Notes: a model not told the origin generated them from the sequence alone. Counted from the first letter of the stretch, positions 43,208-58,720 are shown. The stretch is DNA of 64,000 bases from Octopus vulgaris (GCA_951406725.2 OX597826.1:40858001-40922000); one strand, 5' to 3'. Program-made: numbers and translations.

Positions 43208-43529
43208 CATACATACATATATATATATATAATACATATAAATATATATAATACATATATATATATAATACATATATATATATATATAATACATATATAT
43301 ATATATATAATACATACATATATATATAATACATGCATATATATATATATATATATATAATACATACATATATATATATATACATACATATATATATATA
43401 TATATATAATACATACATATATATATATATATAATACATATATATATATAAGTATATCTGAGTACGGGTATGTGTATATATATAGATATGGTGGGTGTGT
43501 TTGTGTGTGTGTATGTTTGTGTGTGTGTT

Positions 43530-43590
<61 letters not shown>

Positions 43591-44166
43591 ACACGCGTAC
43601 ATAGATGAAGGCAAACAGACAGACAGACAGACAAATAGAAAAAGAGACCGAATGTTGCGAAAAATACTGAACTCAGCGCACACGTTCATATGTGCACATC
43701 CATGCACACACACACACTCACACACATGCACACAAGCACGCACAAACACACTCACACTCACACACGCACACGAATTATATCTTTTTCCAAATTATATTTA
43801 CGGTGAATTAACATTAGTATTCCATAACGACAATGTAACCTTCATATGATTAAGGTATTCTTCAGCCTGATACGTAGCTAGCTGAGGACCCTACGTTGGG
43901 CAATTATTACATCAGAGGATCTACAAAGCAAGGAATCATATGTAGCCTGGATTTTACCTGTTCCATTCCCTCAATTTTTATTTTTATTCCCATTCATAGG
44001 GACTCAAGTTGCTGTAAAAATTATTTTCAGCTTTTCAAACTCCGATATGGGAAAAGCTTCCAACCTTCGCCAATAATTCACTATTTTAACCTACCACGGA
44101 CCGTTCGGAGCTTACACACTTCATGTCTTAGTTTTTTAAAATCTTATAATTACATATCGATATACA

Positions 44167-44554
44167 GAGGAGTGGCTGTGTGGTTAAGAAGCTTGCTTCC
44201 GAACCACATGGCTCCGGGTTCAGTCCCGAGGTGTGGCACCTTGGGCAAATATCTTCTACTATTTGCCTCGGGCCGACCAAAGCCTTGTAAGTGGATTTGG
44301 TTGACGGAATCTCAAAGAAGCCCGTCGTATGTGTGTGTGTGTGTGTGTGTGTGTGTTTATGTGTCTTTGTTCACTGATCACCACTTGATGACGGTGTTGG
44401 CGTATTTACGTCCCCGTTACATTAGCGGCTCGGCAAGAGATACCAATAGGATAAGTACTACGTTTTAAAAAATAGTCCTGAGGTCGATTTTTCGACAAAA
44501 ACCCTTCAAGACATTCAAATGAGTTAAACAAGTAAAAGGATAAAAGAATAAAGA

Positions 44555-44555
<1 letters not shown>
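44167..44555 (+). mobile_element. SINE family B
   Basis: aggagtggctgtgtggttaagaagcttgcttccgaaccacatggctccgggttcagtcc head, with body and tail. Confidence 0.8.
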
Positions 44556-44623
<68 letters not shown>

Positions 44624-44794
44624 TATATATACATATACACATACACATACATATACATTTATATATATATATATACATATATATACATACATACATATAT
44701 ACACATACATATACACTATATATATATATATATATATATACATACATATGCACATACATATACACTTACATATACATATATATATAAATACATA

Positions 44795-44871
<77 letters not shown>

Positions 44872-45021
44872 TAAATATACATATGCATACAAAAAAAATT
44901 ACAAAATGGGACAAGAACGCAAAACATCCAGATAGACGATACACAAAACACGGACATGTCATTCGAAGCCTTTAATCTTCAGTCAAGAACCGGATCATCC
45001 TCGCAATTTCGGCTATATATG

Positions 45022-45052
<31 letters not shown>

Positions 45053-45448
45053 GGTACCAGTTTAGTATGTTATCTACATACGTGTTTCTGGTATATACCT
45101 TGTGATCTATATTAGTGCAAATGGTATAGTTTATGATCTACACCGACTTTCAATCTCATTTAGATTTCATTCGTTGGAAGATTTTAAGATCAAATGAGCA
45201 AAATCTCTTTATTGCATTTTTAAATGATATACGCACTGTATACAAATAGTCGCAGTATTCATGTTTCTAGTATAAAATAAAAATCAATAAAAGATTTCTT
45301 TTACTTTTACATTTTTAAATGTTTAACTCACTACTCTAATTATAATTACAAATTTATAACAGAATTTTGAATGTAGATCACAAGCTAGTCTAGATTTAAG
45401 TTGCTGTAGATCACAACGACATATACATCACATACTAAACCGACACCC

Positions 45449-45638
<190 letters not shown>

Positions 45639-45769
45639 TTATACATATACATATATACATATATACATATATATATATATACATATATACAGATATACAT
45701 ATATACATATATACATATATACATATATACATATATATACATATATATACATATAATATGTAAAAGTAA

Positions 45770-45920
45770 AACAATATACAAACTGGGACAAGAACGTGAA
45801 ACATTTAGAAGACGACACAAAAAAAAAACACGAACGGGACATTCGAAGCCCTCAACCATCAGTCAAGAACCGGATCATCTTCGCAATTTCGGCTGATTTA
45901 TATATATATACTTATAAATA

Positions 45921-45977
<57 letters not shown>

Positions 45978-46042
45978 CATACATATAATATATATATATA
46001 TACTTATAAATATTATACATAAATATACATATATATATATAT

Positions 46043-46096
<54 letters not shown>

Positions 46097-46155
46097 CATA
46101 CATATATATATACATACATATATATATATATATATATACATACATACATTATATA

Positions 46156-46238
<83 letters not shown>

Positions 46239-46388
46239 CATACATACATATATATATATATACATACATATATATATATATACATACATACATACATATA
46301 TATATATACATACATACATACATATATATATACATACATACATATACATATATATATATACATACATACATACATATATATATATACA

Positions 46389-46424
<36 letters not shown>

Positions 46425-46472
46425 TATACATACATACATATATATATACATACATACATATATATATATACA

Positions 46473-46568
<96 letters not shown>

Positions 46569-46705
46569 TCAACCGAAATTGCGAAGATGATCCGGTTCTA
46601 GACTGAAGATTGAAGGCTTCGAACGTGTTTTTTGTATCGTCTTCAACCATCAGTCAAGACCGGATCTTGTCCCAGTTTGGCTGATTTATATATATATACT
46701 TATAA

Positions 46706-46766
<61 letters not shown>

Positions 46767-46811
46767 CATACATATAATATATATATATATACTTATAAAT
46801 ATTATACATAA

Positions 46812-46880
<69 letters not shown>

Positions 46881-46889
46881 CATACATAC

Positions 46890-46926
<37 letters not shown>

Positions 46927-46935
46927 CATACATAC

Positions 46936-47005
<70 letters not shown>

Positions 47006-47185
47006 CATATATATATATATATATATACATACATACATACATATATATATACATACATACATATATATATATACATACATACATACATATATATATATAC
47101 ATACATACATACATATATATATACATACATACATACATACATATATATATATACATACATACATACATATATATATATATATACA

Positions 47186-47249
<64 letters not shown>

Positions 47250-47269
47250 CATACATATATATATATACA

Positions 47270-47363
<94 letters not shown>

Positions 47364-47479
47364 TCAGCCGAAATTGCGAAGATGATCCGGTTCTTGACTG
47401 AAGATTGAAGGCTTCCGTGTTTTTTGTATCGTCTTCTAAATGTTTTACGTTCTTGTCCCAGTTTGTATTTTTTTACATT

Positions 47480-47480
<1 letters not shown>
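45770..47480. repeat. Inverted copies of a short repeat around a tandemly duplicated microsatellite block
   Basis: Unit (cagtcaagaaccggatcatcttcgcaatttcggctgatt) is forward at 45770-45900 and 46640-46690, and inverted at 46565-46645 and 47360-47480. The intervening TA/TACA blocks share diagnostic interruptions. Other family members at 44895-45015, 51840-51930 and (distant) 42180-42265. Confidence 0.7.
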
Positions 47481-47555
<75 letters not shown>

Positions 47556-47831
47556 AAGGGCACATATATTTATTAATTTACACACACACACACACACACA
47601 CAAGCAAAGATTTCTTTTAGCTCATACTTGTTTCAATCATTAAATCTGCGGCCACCCTGGGGTGCCGCCTTTAAGAATTTTTAGCCGAAGTAATCAACCC
47701 GAGAATTTTTTTTAAGCCTGGTACTTATTCTACTGGTGGAAACGGTGGTGGTGGAAGACAAACAGAGACACTAGACACAAAGACACACACACACACCATA
47801 CACACACTCACACACACCATACACACACACT

Positions 47832-47862
<31 letters not shown>

Positions 47863-48104
47863 ACACGCACACGCACATATATAAATATATATATATATAT
47901 ATATGTATTACGAGAGAAGTAAACAAAGATTGCTTTAAAAGCGTTGAGATGTCTAGAAAGTTAAGGATGTAATTTTTATTCTCAAACGCACGATAATGCT
48001 GATAATACATGAACAGGATAAACTACCCACATTTTGCAGAACTATGGATAGTTAATCCCGTCCATGCTATATTATTAGCATATATATATATATATATATA
48101 TATA

Positions 48105-48399
48105 AGTTCAGCAAAAATTTAGATTCCAATGAATATGGTACTTAATTTAGATGTAATCAGAATTTTGTATGGTGTTATCCATAAAAATTTGTGGGGTGAA
48201 TATAATCAAAATAAGCAACAAGAATGACTCCGGTAATTTGGTACAATTGTTTCGCACTACATCATTTTATTAAATGTTGTAAGTATTACAATTTAAGATG
48301 CTGAGTACTCAGCATCTTAAATCTGTTGTAATACTTACAACATTTAATAAAATGATGTAGTGCGAAACAATTGTACCAAATTACCGGAGTCATTCTTGT
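48105..48399. repeat. ~180-bp spacerless palindrome with one-sided extension (family also at 41181-41315 and ~37996)
   Basis: 48218-48399 is self-complementary about ctgagt|actcag. Each arm carries GAAAC-AATT-GTA. 48124-48222 is homologous to the reverse complement of 41215-41313. Confidence 0.75.
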
Positions 48400-48400
48400 A

Positions 48401-48471
<71 letters not shown>

Positions 48472-48810
48472 CTACAGGCTTCTTTCAGTCTCCATCCACA
48501 AAAACCACTTACAAAACTCGGATCTCCCCAAGTTGCCACCGATTGCGACTGAACCCAGAACAATGTTGTTAGGAGGCAAGCTGCCTACCTCCCAACCACT
48601 CTTGTACCTAGACAGAGAGACAGACAGACACACAGAGACAGACAGACATACAGATACATACATACATACATACATACATACATACATACATACATACATA
48701 CATACATACATACATACATACATACATACATACATACATACATACATACATACATACATACATACATAAACGAAATACTGAAATGCATAAATGAACTTAT
48801 ATATGTATAT

Positions 48811-48850
<40 letters not shown>

Positions 48851-48886
48851 AATATATCTATGTATATATGTATGTATGTATGTATG

Positions 48887-48920
<34 letters not shown>

Positions 48921-49091
48921 TATATGTATGCAAAAGAAACACAGGAAAGGGCTATGGCATCAGACTTCTTCATTCACCAAAAGCCAAGTATCAGAGGAGG
49001 TTTCAAATATTGGTGTAGCTAATGGTGTTTGTCCAGCATGACGACTGCTATATAACTTTAGAGGCATTAAAGATAGATATATATACACACA

Positions 49092-49130
<39 letters not shown>

Positions 49131-49331
49131 ATGTATATTCATAAATATACTTATACATGTATTTTTGTAATATGTATGCTTATGCATATAAGTATATATT
49201 TATATAAAAATATATATACATATATATATATGTATATATATATATAGATAGATGCACACGTATATACACACATATATACATACATATATATACATATATA
49301 TACATATATATATATATATACATATATATGC

Positions 49332-49378
<47 letters not shown>

Positions 49379-49582
49379 TATATATATATATATTTTATAT
49401 ATATATATATATATTATATATTTTTTATACATATATTATTGCGGCGTAACGTATATCTTGTTCTCTTATGTATATATATATATTTATACGTATTCATGTA
49501 TTATATATGATACCTAATAATACCCATATACACACACATATTCACAGATATACATGCTCGTATATATATATTATATATTATA

Positions 49583-49634
<52 letters not shown>

Positions 49635-49736
49635 CATACATAACTATATATGCATATATAAATATGTTTACATAAGAGACATACAAAGACATAAGTGTGT
49701 ACTTGTATGTATGTTTGTATGTATGTATGTACATAA

Positions 49737-49801
<65 letters not shown>

Positions 49802-49904
49802 CGGAGACAGATATACATACTTCTATATATATGCATATATGTATATATATATATATATATATATTATATTGTGCATGTATAAATATTCATATATATATAT
49901 ATAT

Positions 49905-50285
49905 ATTCTCTTTTGGTCTGTTATTGTTTTAATTGTTTCAGTCATTTCACTGTGACCATGCTGGAGCACCGTCTTTAGTCGAACAAATCGACGCCAGGAC
50001 TTATTCGTTGTAAGTCTAGTCCTTATTCTATCTGTCTTTTTGCCGAATCGCTATGTTACTGGACATAAAAACACCAACATCGGTTGTCAAGCGATGTTAG
50101 AGGACAAATGCAGACACACAAATACATACATTTATGCGACGGGCTACTTTCAGTTTCCGTGTGGCAAATCCACTCACAAGGCTTTGGTCAGCCTGAGGCT
50201 GTAGTAGAGGACACTTGCTCAAGGTGCCACTAGTGGGACTGAACCCTGAACCAGGTGGTTCTTACCACACAGCCACTCCTGCGCC
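49905..50285 (-). mobile_element. SINE family B
   Basis: Colinear with 14686-15097. Confidence 0.8.
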
Positions 50286-50604
50286 TCTATATATATATTC
50301 ATATATATTTGTGTGTACGAGCGTGTGTTTGTGTGTACGTGTGTGTGTATGTGTGTGTAGATAGATAGATAGATACATACATACATACATACATACATAC
50401 ATACATACATACATACATACATTACGTACGTACATAGGCAGCCAGATAGACAGACAAATCGTTATCATATGTGAGTGTATAACAGTAAGAGGTCTTCTAT
50501 TAAATAAACACTTAAAAAAAACAGCCGTCCCCAGTTTTGGGGATTTTTAATACTTGATGATATTTGCCATAATATTACATATTTGATCATGAACAGTTAT
50601 ATAT

Positions 50605-50710
<106 letters not shown>

Positions 50711-50906
50711 GTATAGATAGATAGATAGAAAGATAGATAGATGTACATAAATACATACATTTATTCGTGTATATAAACATATATACCTATACAATCAAAT
50801 ACATCTACAATATATATGCACATATGTATGCATACACACACGAATACATATTAATACGTACACGCACACACATCAATATATATATATACATACATACATA
50901 CATACA

Positions 50907-50939
<33 letters not shown>

Positions 50940-51309
50940 GCATGCATACATACATACATGTGTACACAATAGCAACCACACCAACTGCCAAAGAAACGAC
51001 AATTTCAAGGAAAAATAAAGAAATATTCAGAAACCGTGTTATGTGTTGTAGTAGTAGTAGTTGCAGTAGTTGTAGTAGTAGTAGCAGTAGTAGCTGATAT
51101 ACGGAATCATATATCTGGCGTTTGTCTTCACTTGTTCCATAGAACTGGCGACATTTCGTAACAGAATTGAGTCAATCCCTGACTTTGTGTCCACACTGTT
51201 TTTCAATCACTCCAGCTTTCCGACCGACCGACCAACCAGCCGACCATCTCACACAAACTGAAGCAACATTATAACAGTAGTAGTAGTAGTAGTAGTAGTA
51301 GTAGTTGTT

Positions 51310-51358
<49 letters not shown>

Positions 51359-51930
51359 CAGCAGCAGCAGCAGCAGCAGTGGCAGAGGCGGTGGCGACGG
51401 TGGTACAACTACTGGATGGAGAAATAGTTGTGTGAAATGATAAAGAAGAATCTCGCCTGAAAGGATGACGGTGGGAGGTGATTAGTGAGGAAGCTGGTAG
51501 CGAACTGCTGTGGGTGTGGTCTCTGAGTTGCAATAGCGGGGGATGCGGAGAGGGGGGGTCGTCTTGTGTGTCTGCTAAATTTGAAGTCCTAAAAATCACA
51601 GTAAAATTTTGGTTCTTATTTTGATTTCTGATTTTGTTAATCTTTGTTTTGTTTACGTTTGAGAATTACGACGACTGCGGTCATTCTGGGACATTGCATC
51701 TAGTTTGATAATCCGGATACAATCTCACTCAGCATAGCCGTAGTAAATAATTATATGCGATTACTGTCTTTAGGCACACAAACACACACAACACACATCT
51801 ACATGCATATATATACATATATATATATATATATACGTTTATTTGTATCGTCTGTCTGGATGTTTTGTTGTCCCTTTTTGTATCACTTACTTGTCCGGAT
51901 GTTTTGCGTTCTTGTCCCATTTTGTATTTG

Positions 51931-52019
<89 letters not shown>

Positions 52020-52030
52020 TGTATATATAC

Positions 52031-52093
<63 letters not shown>

Positions 52094-52095
52094 TA

Positions 52096-53384
52096 CTGAG
52101 TTATCCCAAAAACAATGAGGTTTTTTTAAACTTCTTTTATTTTACAAAATTAAGATAAACAATGTTTGTTTTTGTTTTTTTTATCTAAAATATATTCTCC
52201 TTCATTTTCTACAACGCTCTTCCATCTCTCTGGTAGACTTCCAAGGCTCCTCTTCCAAGATTCACTTGTCTGTGACAAAAAATACTCTCCCCCCACCCCG
52301 TACTGTTCTGACCTCGTCTACAGAATTCATATTTTTTCCGTTCAAAATATTTTTAAGGCTGCGGAATAATCAGATGGGGTAATGTCCGGCGAATATGGTG
52401 GGTAGAGTATCGTTTCCTATTCAAAGTATTCCAGCCTTTGGAATGTCATCCTCGCTGTATGTGGCCGAGCATTATCCTGATGGAAGAACACCTTTCGTCT
52501 TGAAACCAAAGATGGTCGTTTTTCTTCTTCGCTCACTTAGGCCGCTCAAGTTGCTCGCAGTAGATCTCCTTTGTTATCGTTTGGCTTGGGTCTAAAAGTT
52601 CAAAGTGGACTAAACCTTTCATATCTCACCAAACAAAAACAACACCCTACGTGCGGGAAGACGTTCTTTAGCCTTGGATGCTGGTGTCTCTCTTTCCCCT
52701 ACTCACTATCTTTGTTGCTAGACATTTTTATAGAGAACCCATTTCTCGTCACCAGTCACTATTCGGTCCAAAAAAAGGTTCATTCGTGAGAGGTGACAGC
52801 AAAAAAGAGCACACATTCACTCTCTGCGCGCGATTATACTCGGGGAGTTTGTAAAGAACCCATTGACCTAATTTGCTGACTTTTCTGATGACACGTAGGT
52901 GTCAATGAATGACTGAATGACCAAATCCAAGCTTCTCTGCTAGTTCCTCAAAAGTTACGATGGGATTTTGTTCCACCAGAGTTTGCAGGACGTCCTCGTC
53001 TAGCTCCACAGATCTCGCAGGACGAGGATCATCTTCTAGGTTGTAGTTTCCGGCTTGGAATTTCTGAAACCACTGTTGACACTGGCTTAGGCTTATTGTC
53101 CGATCCCCAAATACTGCATTAATATTCGTTGCACTTTCCAATGCGTTGTTGCTTTTATTGAACTCATAAAGCAAAATATGCCGAATGTGCTCCTTTGTCC
53201 CTTCCATTATAGCTTTGAAACAATAACTTAAAATTAAACTGCAGTTTTCAAAACTTGCTCTAAGAATAAGTGCAAGGTAACATTACTACCTTCTTTTATA
53301 GCAAGTTGATGCAGGTACTTTATCCTGTCCCCATCCGACTTTTAGTTCATGCAATTGAAAAAACTGCATTATTTATGGAATTGC

Positions 53385-53388
<4 letters not shown>
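52096..53388 (-). mobile_element. Decayed full-length mariner transposon
   Basis: MEGTKEHIRHILLYEF...WFQKFQAGNYNLEDDPRPAR HTH (53207-52902), PPYSPDITPSDY, LPERWKSVVENEGEY; diverged ~30-bp TIRs in TA context. Confidence 0.9.
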
Positions 53389-53438
<50 letters not shown>

Positions 53439-53442
<4 letters not shown>

Positions 53443-54324
53443 GGGGTACCGAAAACTAACCGGAGACGTTCTCTGCTGGACAAACCCCTTGTAGTTCAGG
53501 CTTCCGCCGATAGAAGCCACTTGATGCGACCCTCAGGCATCAGTCTGCCGCCCGGTGGCTTCAGGTGAGGTCGTACTGTCACGTGGTGCATCTTTCTTTT
53601 GCAGTGCTTCTTCCCTGTTTGTCGATTTTTGCAATGGCTGAAACGAAGGAACAGCGTGCCTCCGAGAAATTCTGTTTTCTGCTGGGAGAAACGGCGACCG
53701 AATCAGTTGTCATACAGCTTACAAGGGCGCTGACATGAGCAAAGCATAAGTTTACGAACGGTTTCTACGCTTTAGGAATGGTCACTTGTCGCTTGAAAAT
53801 CGAGCTCGTTCAGGACGACTGTCGAACTCCCGCACGAATGAAAACACCATAAAAACCCTTGAACTGATCTTGGAGGACCGTCACTGAACAATTGACGAAC
53901 TTGTTGATATGACTGATGTGTCTTGGAGCTCCTGTCAACGAATTTTGAACGAGGAATTGCGAATGAAAAGAGTTGCAGCAAAATTTGTGCATCGCTTGCT
54001 TACGGAAGATGAAAATCAGTCACGAATGCGTGTTGTGAACTAAAAGAACAGTTGAAAGTTGATCCTGAACTTTATTCGAAGGTCATCATTGGTGGTGAAA
54101 GCTGGTGCTACGGAATTTGCAGATGTGGAAGAGGTGAAGAAAAAAACAATGGAAATAATAGGCATCACTTTGCAAGAGTTCCAGCACTGCTGCGAACAGT
54201 GGAAAACGCGTCTGGAGCGTTGTTTCATATGGAGAATACTTTGAAGGCTATAAAAGTGTAAATAAGTAAAACTAAGTGGATAAAATAATATTGCAAAATT
54301 CCGGTTCTTTTAGGTACGCCCTCG
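53439..54324 (+). mobile_element. Internally deleted mariner transposon (different subfamily)
   Basis: TIRs gagggggtaccgaaaactaaccgga / tccggttcttttaggtacgccctc. MAETKEQRA..KFCFLLG, MKRVAAKFVHRLL, IIGGESWCY joined directly to the C-terminal FADVEEVKKK..EQWKTRLERC. Confidence 0.88.
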
Positions 54325-54336
54325 TGTATATACAGT

Positions 54337-54378
<42 letters not shown>

Positions 54379-56118
54379 CATAATACATGTGTGGTATATA
54401 GTGTATAATATATAAATGATAATTTTATATTTGGGTATACATCTTGTAGTATGCCGTTTATAGCCTGTTCACAGTACTCGGCTATCTGATGTCATCAACA
54501 GTATGTAGGTATATGCCACCGGACTTACTTCACGAATTCTTTCGTGTCCATAGAGTTTATAAGATAGATGAAAGAAGGAAAACAGTCACTGCAGTTGAAG
54601 CACGTGTAGGTCCCACAAAGCTGTTGTAAATAAGTGCTAAATAAAATTATGGACGTGAAAAATCTCCCTTCTCCTTATCATTAATACTTTTATTTACTCT
54701 ACGGAAAATATGCAGTCCTGAACAGAACATTCGAATTTACCCAGCGAGAAAAGTTACCAGCAGCTTATTGTTAGCTTGGAGACCATAAACGACTGTTGTG
54801 GTTAACCAGCATCTGAAACCGACTTAAGAGGAAACACGGTGACGCCAGGATATATCCCTCTATATATCCACTTTTGGATATATATATAATATATATATGG
54901 TTTCTGTATCGATCTTGTCCTTCCAAAAACACAAGTCTAGTTTTTATTATCAGATTATAAGTCTAGTTTTTATTATCAGATTGTAATCTGAGCAAGAGTA
55001 AAAGATTTGAAAGTTGTGTTAATAAGCGAAAAGAGATTTGAAAATGATACGATAAAGAATTGAAGATCAATCACTGTCTTCTGACATCGACTATTGACAA
55101 GAAGCAACAAGTGTCAGAGGAGAAACATATACATTGATACAAACGCAGAGAAACCAATGTGGTGGAGTTAACCAGTGCCATCTACCAGTGTTCAACGAGA
55201 AGAAAGCTTCCAAGAAACAGTGAAACAGAGATGGAACAGTGAGCTGATTCTGAAGAAGCAGCCATAATACAGGCTCAAAATAAAAATATAGAACTGACTT
55301 AAGAAGACACATTAACCGAACCGGGATGAGGCTGAAGAAAATAATGTAGACAGACAGAATTTTTATCTCATTCATACGTTAGTAATTCATGTACAAGTCA
55401 TACGGGACACAGATATAGATGACACTCGAGAAAGAGGTCTTTGCAAAATTGAAAAAAAATAGAAATTAAGGAACTTAAGAGAGGTTGTCTGTAATTGAGC
55501 ATTCTGTATCTTGAAAGCGACAAACTTTGACAACGAACTTTTGAAAGATTTTGCTCTGAGCTCTGAGGAAGGCCATGAAAACACTTTTTTAATGTTAATG
55601 TTTTTGATTAAAGTAGCTCATTTCTTTAAAATATATTTTAAAACCGACGGCCTAATGACAACAGGAAGTAGGATCTATAAAGCATCACACTGTCAATGAC
55701 ATGTAGTTGTGGTTATCTTAAAACTTTCTAACAAATAATATCTGGTAGATTATCGGTATTTTTTACACAATGTAACAGTATACTTTCAATTTCATCTTCC
55801 AAAATATTCTACAAGATATATACAAAGTTCAGTTACTGCAAAACTTTTCCACTGAATAAATTTCAGCAGTTGTGCATATATTTTTCAATCACTGGAGTAT
55901 CTAACAATAACATCTTCTGTTCTTTAGAGGAGAAATTGTGAAGTGTGAAATTTTACACAGTTGTCATCACCTTCGGTTTTATTTAGTTTTATTTAAAGCA
56001 CTCTTCCATCTTCTTTCTCTGGTGGAGTGGGGGGGGGTAGTGAGGAACCTCACTAGAGGAATCTCTCTTTATCTGTGTGTGTGTATATATACATAGATTT
56101 ATGTATAAGTATGTTTGT

Positions 56119-56218
<100 letters not shown>

Positions 56219-57781
56219 TGTGTGTATGTATGTGAAAACATAGCTTTGGTATTATTTATTCCCTATGACATATGCTTCGTTTCCCAGCTGGAGTTGCAGA
56301 AATAATGAAATATATGTAACAGGCAATAAATATTGCTAAATTTTTTATATGTAATTACTCTGCAAAAAGTATTTTTCAGTATTTTCAAATCTCATATAAA
56401 AATAACACATCTACAAATATACTTTGGAGTACTGGAATATGCAGATGTCCTTCATGAGGACACAGATAACAATCTTATTTACATACTGTATATGTATGTG
56501 TGCGCCTGTGCGTGTGTGTGTTTGTCTGTGTACGTGCGTGTTATATTTTGATTGGTATCTAAGTTCTTAGGAGTGTTCAACCCAGTCGATAACAAAGCGA
56601 TAAGTCTTTTTGAGTTAAGAGAGCTCCGAGTATTTGTAAATATGTGGTTGAGCTGTCAATGCATACACCCATATTTGTATGTATGTATGTATGTATACGA
56701 CGGGCTTCTTTCGGTTTCCGTCCACCAAATCCACTCGCAAGGCTTTTGTTGGCCTGAGTCTATAGTAGAAGACACTTGGCGAAGGTGCCACGCAGTAAAA
56801 AGATTTTTTAAAAAGACATACATACATACATACATACATACATACATACATACATACATACATACATACATACATACATACAGCATGCAAGCATGCATAC
56901 ATACATACATTCATACATAATTACATCCACACAGACATACATACAGGCAAAAAGGTGGTACTCATAGCTGTCTACGTTGAACAAAACAATATCCCATAAT
57001 ATTTTTGCAGTGCCATTGCTAGATCAACCACTTTGAATATTGCAATATTAGACTCGACACTTGATGAGATTTGTAGCCTGGACATCGCGTCTAGAGGTAC
57101 TAAACACCACTTGCAACTTTCACATTAACAGCGACACCGATAGGATCTGTGTGGTGAGACGAATGTATGTTGGCAGAACCATAAAATCGGTCCGAACAGC
57201 CTTCAAACGTTGCATTTTATCACTCAAACGACACCTGCTGAACAGTAAAGAAATAACCGAGTACATTACATGCGTACTCAAAGTGAGAGCAACAACTTCT
57301 TCAGAGTAGCGGAAAGACTCCTGAGCGGATACTTTTAGTGTACAACTGTGTGATGCAACCCAAGCTTAGAGAAACACCTATCATACCTGCAGAAAGCAAG
57401 CTAGAGAATAACAGTAGCATTGACAGGTAGAAGTACATACCTTTGCTATCTATAGAAGACAGCTACAAAATACCTAATGAAAAAGAGAGATAAAGATACC
57501 ACCAAAAATTCTCGTTGTGAAAGAAAATGTCGTTTGCTATACTAGTGTGGAAAATGTCACCCACATCAGTAGCAGCTGCCCCAAAATTTCAACAAGATAT
57601 TATTTATTTTTCGAGACACGACATAGTCGAAAATAACTATTTACTCAATACTATCCGCAGGAAAGATTGTCCAGCTGGATACATCAAAGGCATGACAGAA
57701 CCAAAATGTACTTAACCCTTTAAAAACAAAGAATATTGTTAGAATATTCTAATGACTGAATATTGATTGAATATTCCAATG

Positions 57782-58107
57782 GTGAAGGCGCATGGTTCAG
57801 TGGTTAGAGCGTCGAGCTTACGATCGTGAGGTTGTGAGTTCGAATCCCGGACCGGGATGCATGTTGTATTCTTGAGCAAGACACTTTATTTCACGTTGCT
57901 CCAGTTCACTCAGCTGTAGAAATGAGTTGTGACGTCACAAGTGCCTTTGCCTTTCCCTTGGATAACATCAGTGGCACAGAGAGGAGAGGCTGGTATGCAT
58001 GAACAACTGCTGGTCTTCCATAAACAACCTTGCCCGGATTTGTGCCTGGGAGGGTAAGTTTCTAGGTGCAATCTCATGGTCAGTCATGACCGAAGGTGGT
58101 CTCAACA
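57782..58107 (+). mobile_element. tRNA-derived CORE-SINE family C with 9-bp TSD
   Basis: Head gcatggttcagtggttagagcg...gttcgaatccc, CORE-like ttgagcaagacactttatttcacgttgctccagt. TSD attccaatg at 57773-57781 and 58108-58116. Relatives at 31994-32260 (+) and 22030-22160 (-). Confidence 0.85.
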
Positions 58108-58252
58108 ATTCCAATGACAGCAGCAGCCTGGTGCAAACACAATCGATCAGATATTGGTCTGTGGAACAGAGAACAGAAGTCGTACACAGCTGCAAAGGTC
58201 AGCTACTCAATGGATGTGAAAATTCAAGAGAATGAAAGCTTTTATGGCGAAC

Positions 58253-58720
58253 CCGTCGTCGTCGTCGTCGTCGGCTTTATCTCGTATCCGACAATTCAGT
58301 TTCTTCTTTGCTGAACGCTTCCCTTATGGTGATGACGTTGATGACTCTGTAAACCAATTCTAGCATAAGAAGAGTCGATGGTATTGACTGCATGACAATG
58401 TTGGTGGAGGACGAGGTGGATTCTGTTGAGCCTTCCTCTCCTGTTGTTTGATTTCTTCCTTTTCTCTTCTGGTGGCTTCGAAATTTTTGGTTCCGATGGT
58501 GATGGAACACCGCCACTTGGTACGGTCTCAGGATAGTGTTTCAAATGATTTAAGCTCAATTCCAATGGCTTTCAAGATTGCTTTGAATTAGTCCTTGTAT
58601 CTTCGAAGAAAGCGCGACAATATATCTGGACGTGTGTTCCACCAAAGCATGCTATCAGAATAATTTCCAATCACAAACGAACTACAACAAAGGTGCATCT
58701 TGGAACCTACGCTATTCTCC
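58253..58720 (-). pseudogene. RTE LINE 3' end nested in the R4-like element
   Basis: RTKWRCSITIGTKNFEATRR...RIGLQSHQRHH C-terminal zinc-finger region, (GAC)n tail, and flanking near-duplication tatggcgaac/tatggtgaac. Confidence 0.7.

Noticed and set aside
43896-44468. 190-aa ORF
   Set aside because: Starts at a non-ATG codon and runs through a SINE B copy and a (TG)n tract; no recognisable domain.
52280-52345. Plus-strand peptide PPTPYCSDLV resembling the mariner YSPDL motif
   Set aside because: The true motif (PPYSPDITPSDY) and the C-terminus read on the minus strand; coincidental.
57782-57856. tRNA-like sequence (also 18775-18848 and 15025-15097)
   Set aside because: These are SINE heads continuing into CORE-like bodies; acceptor stems do not pair.
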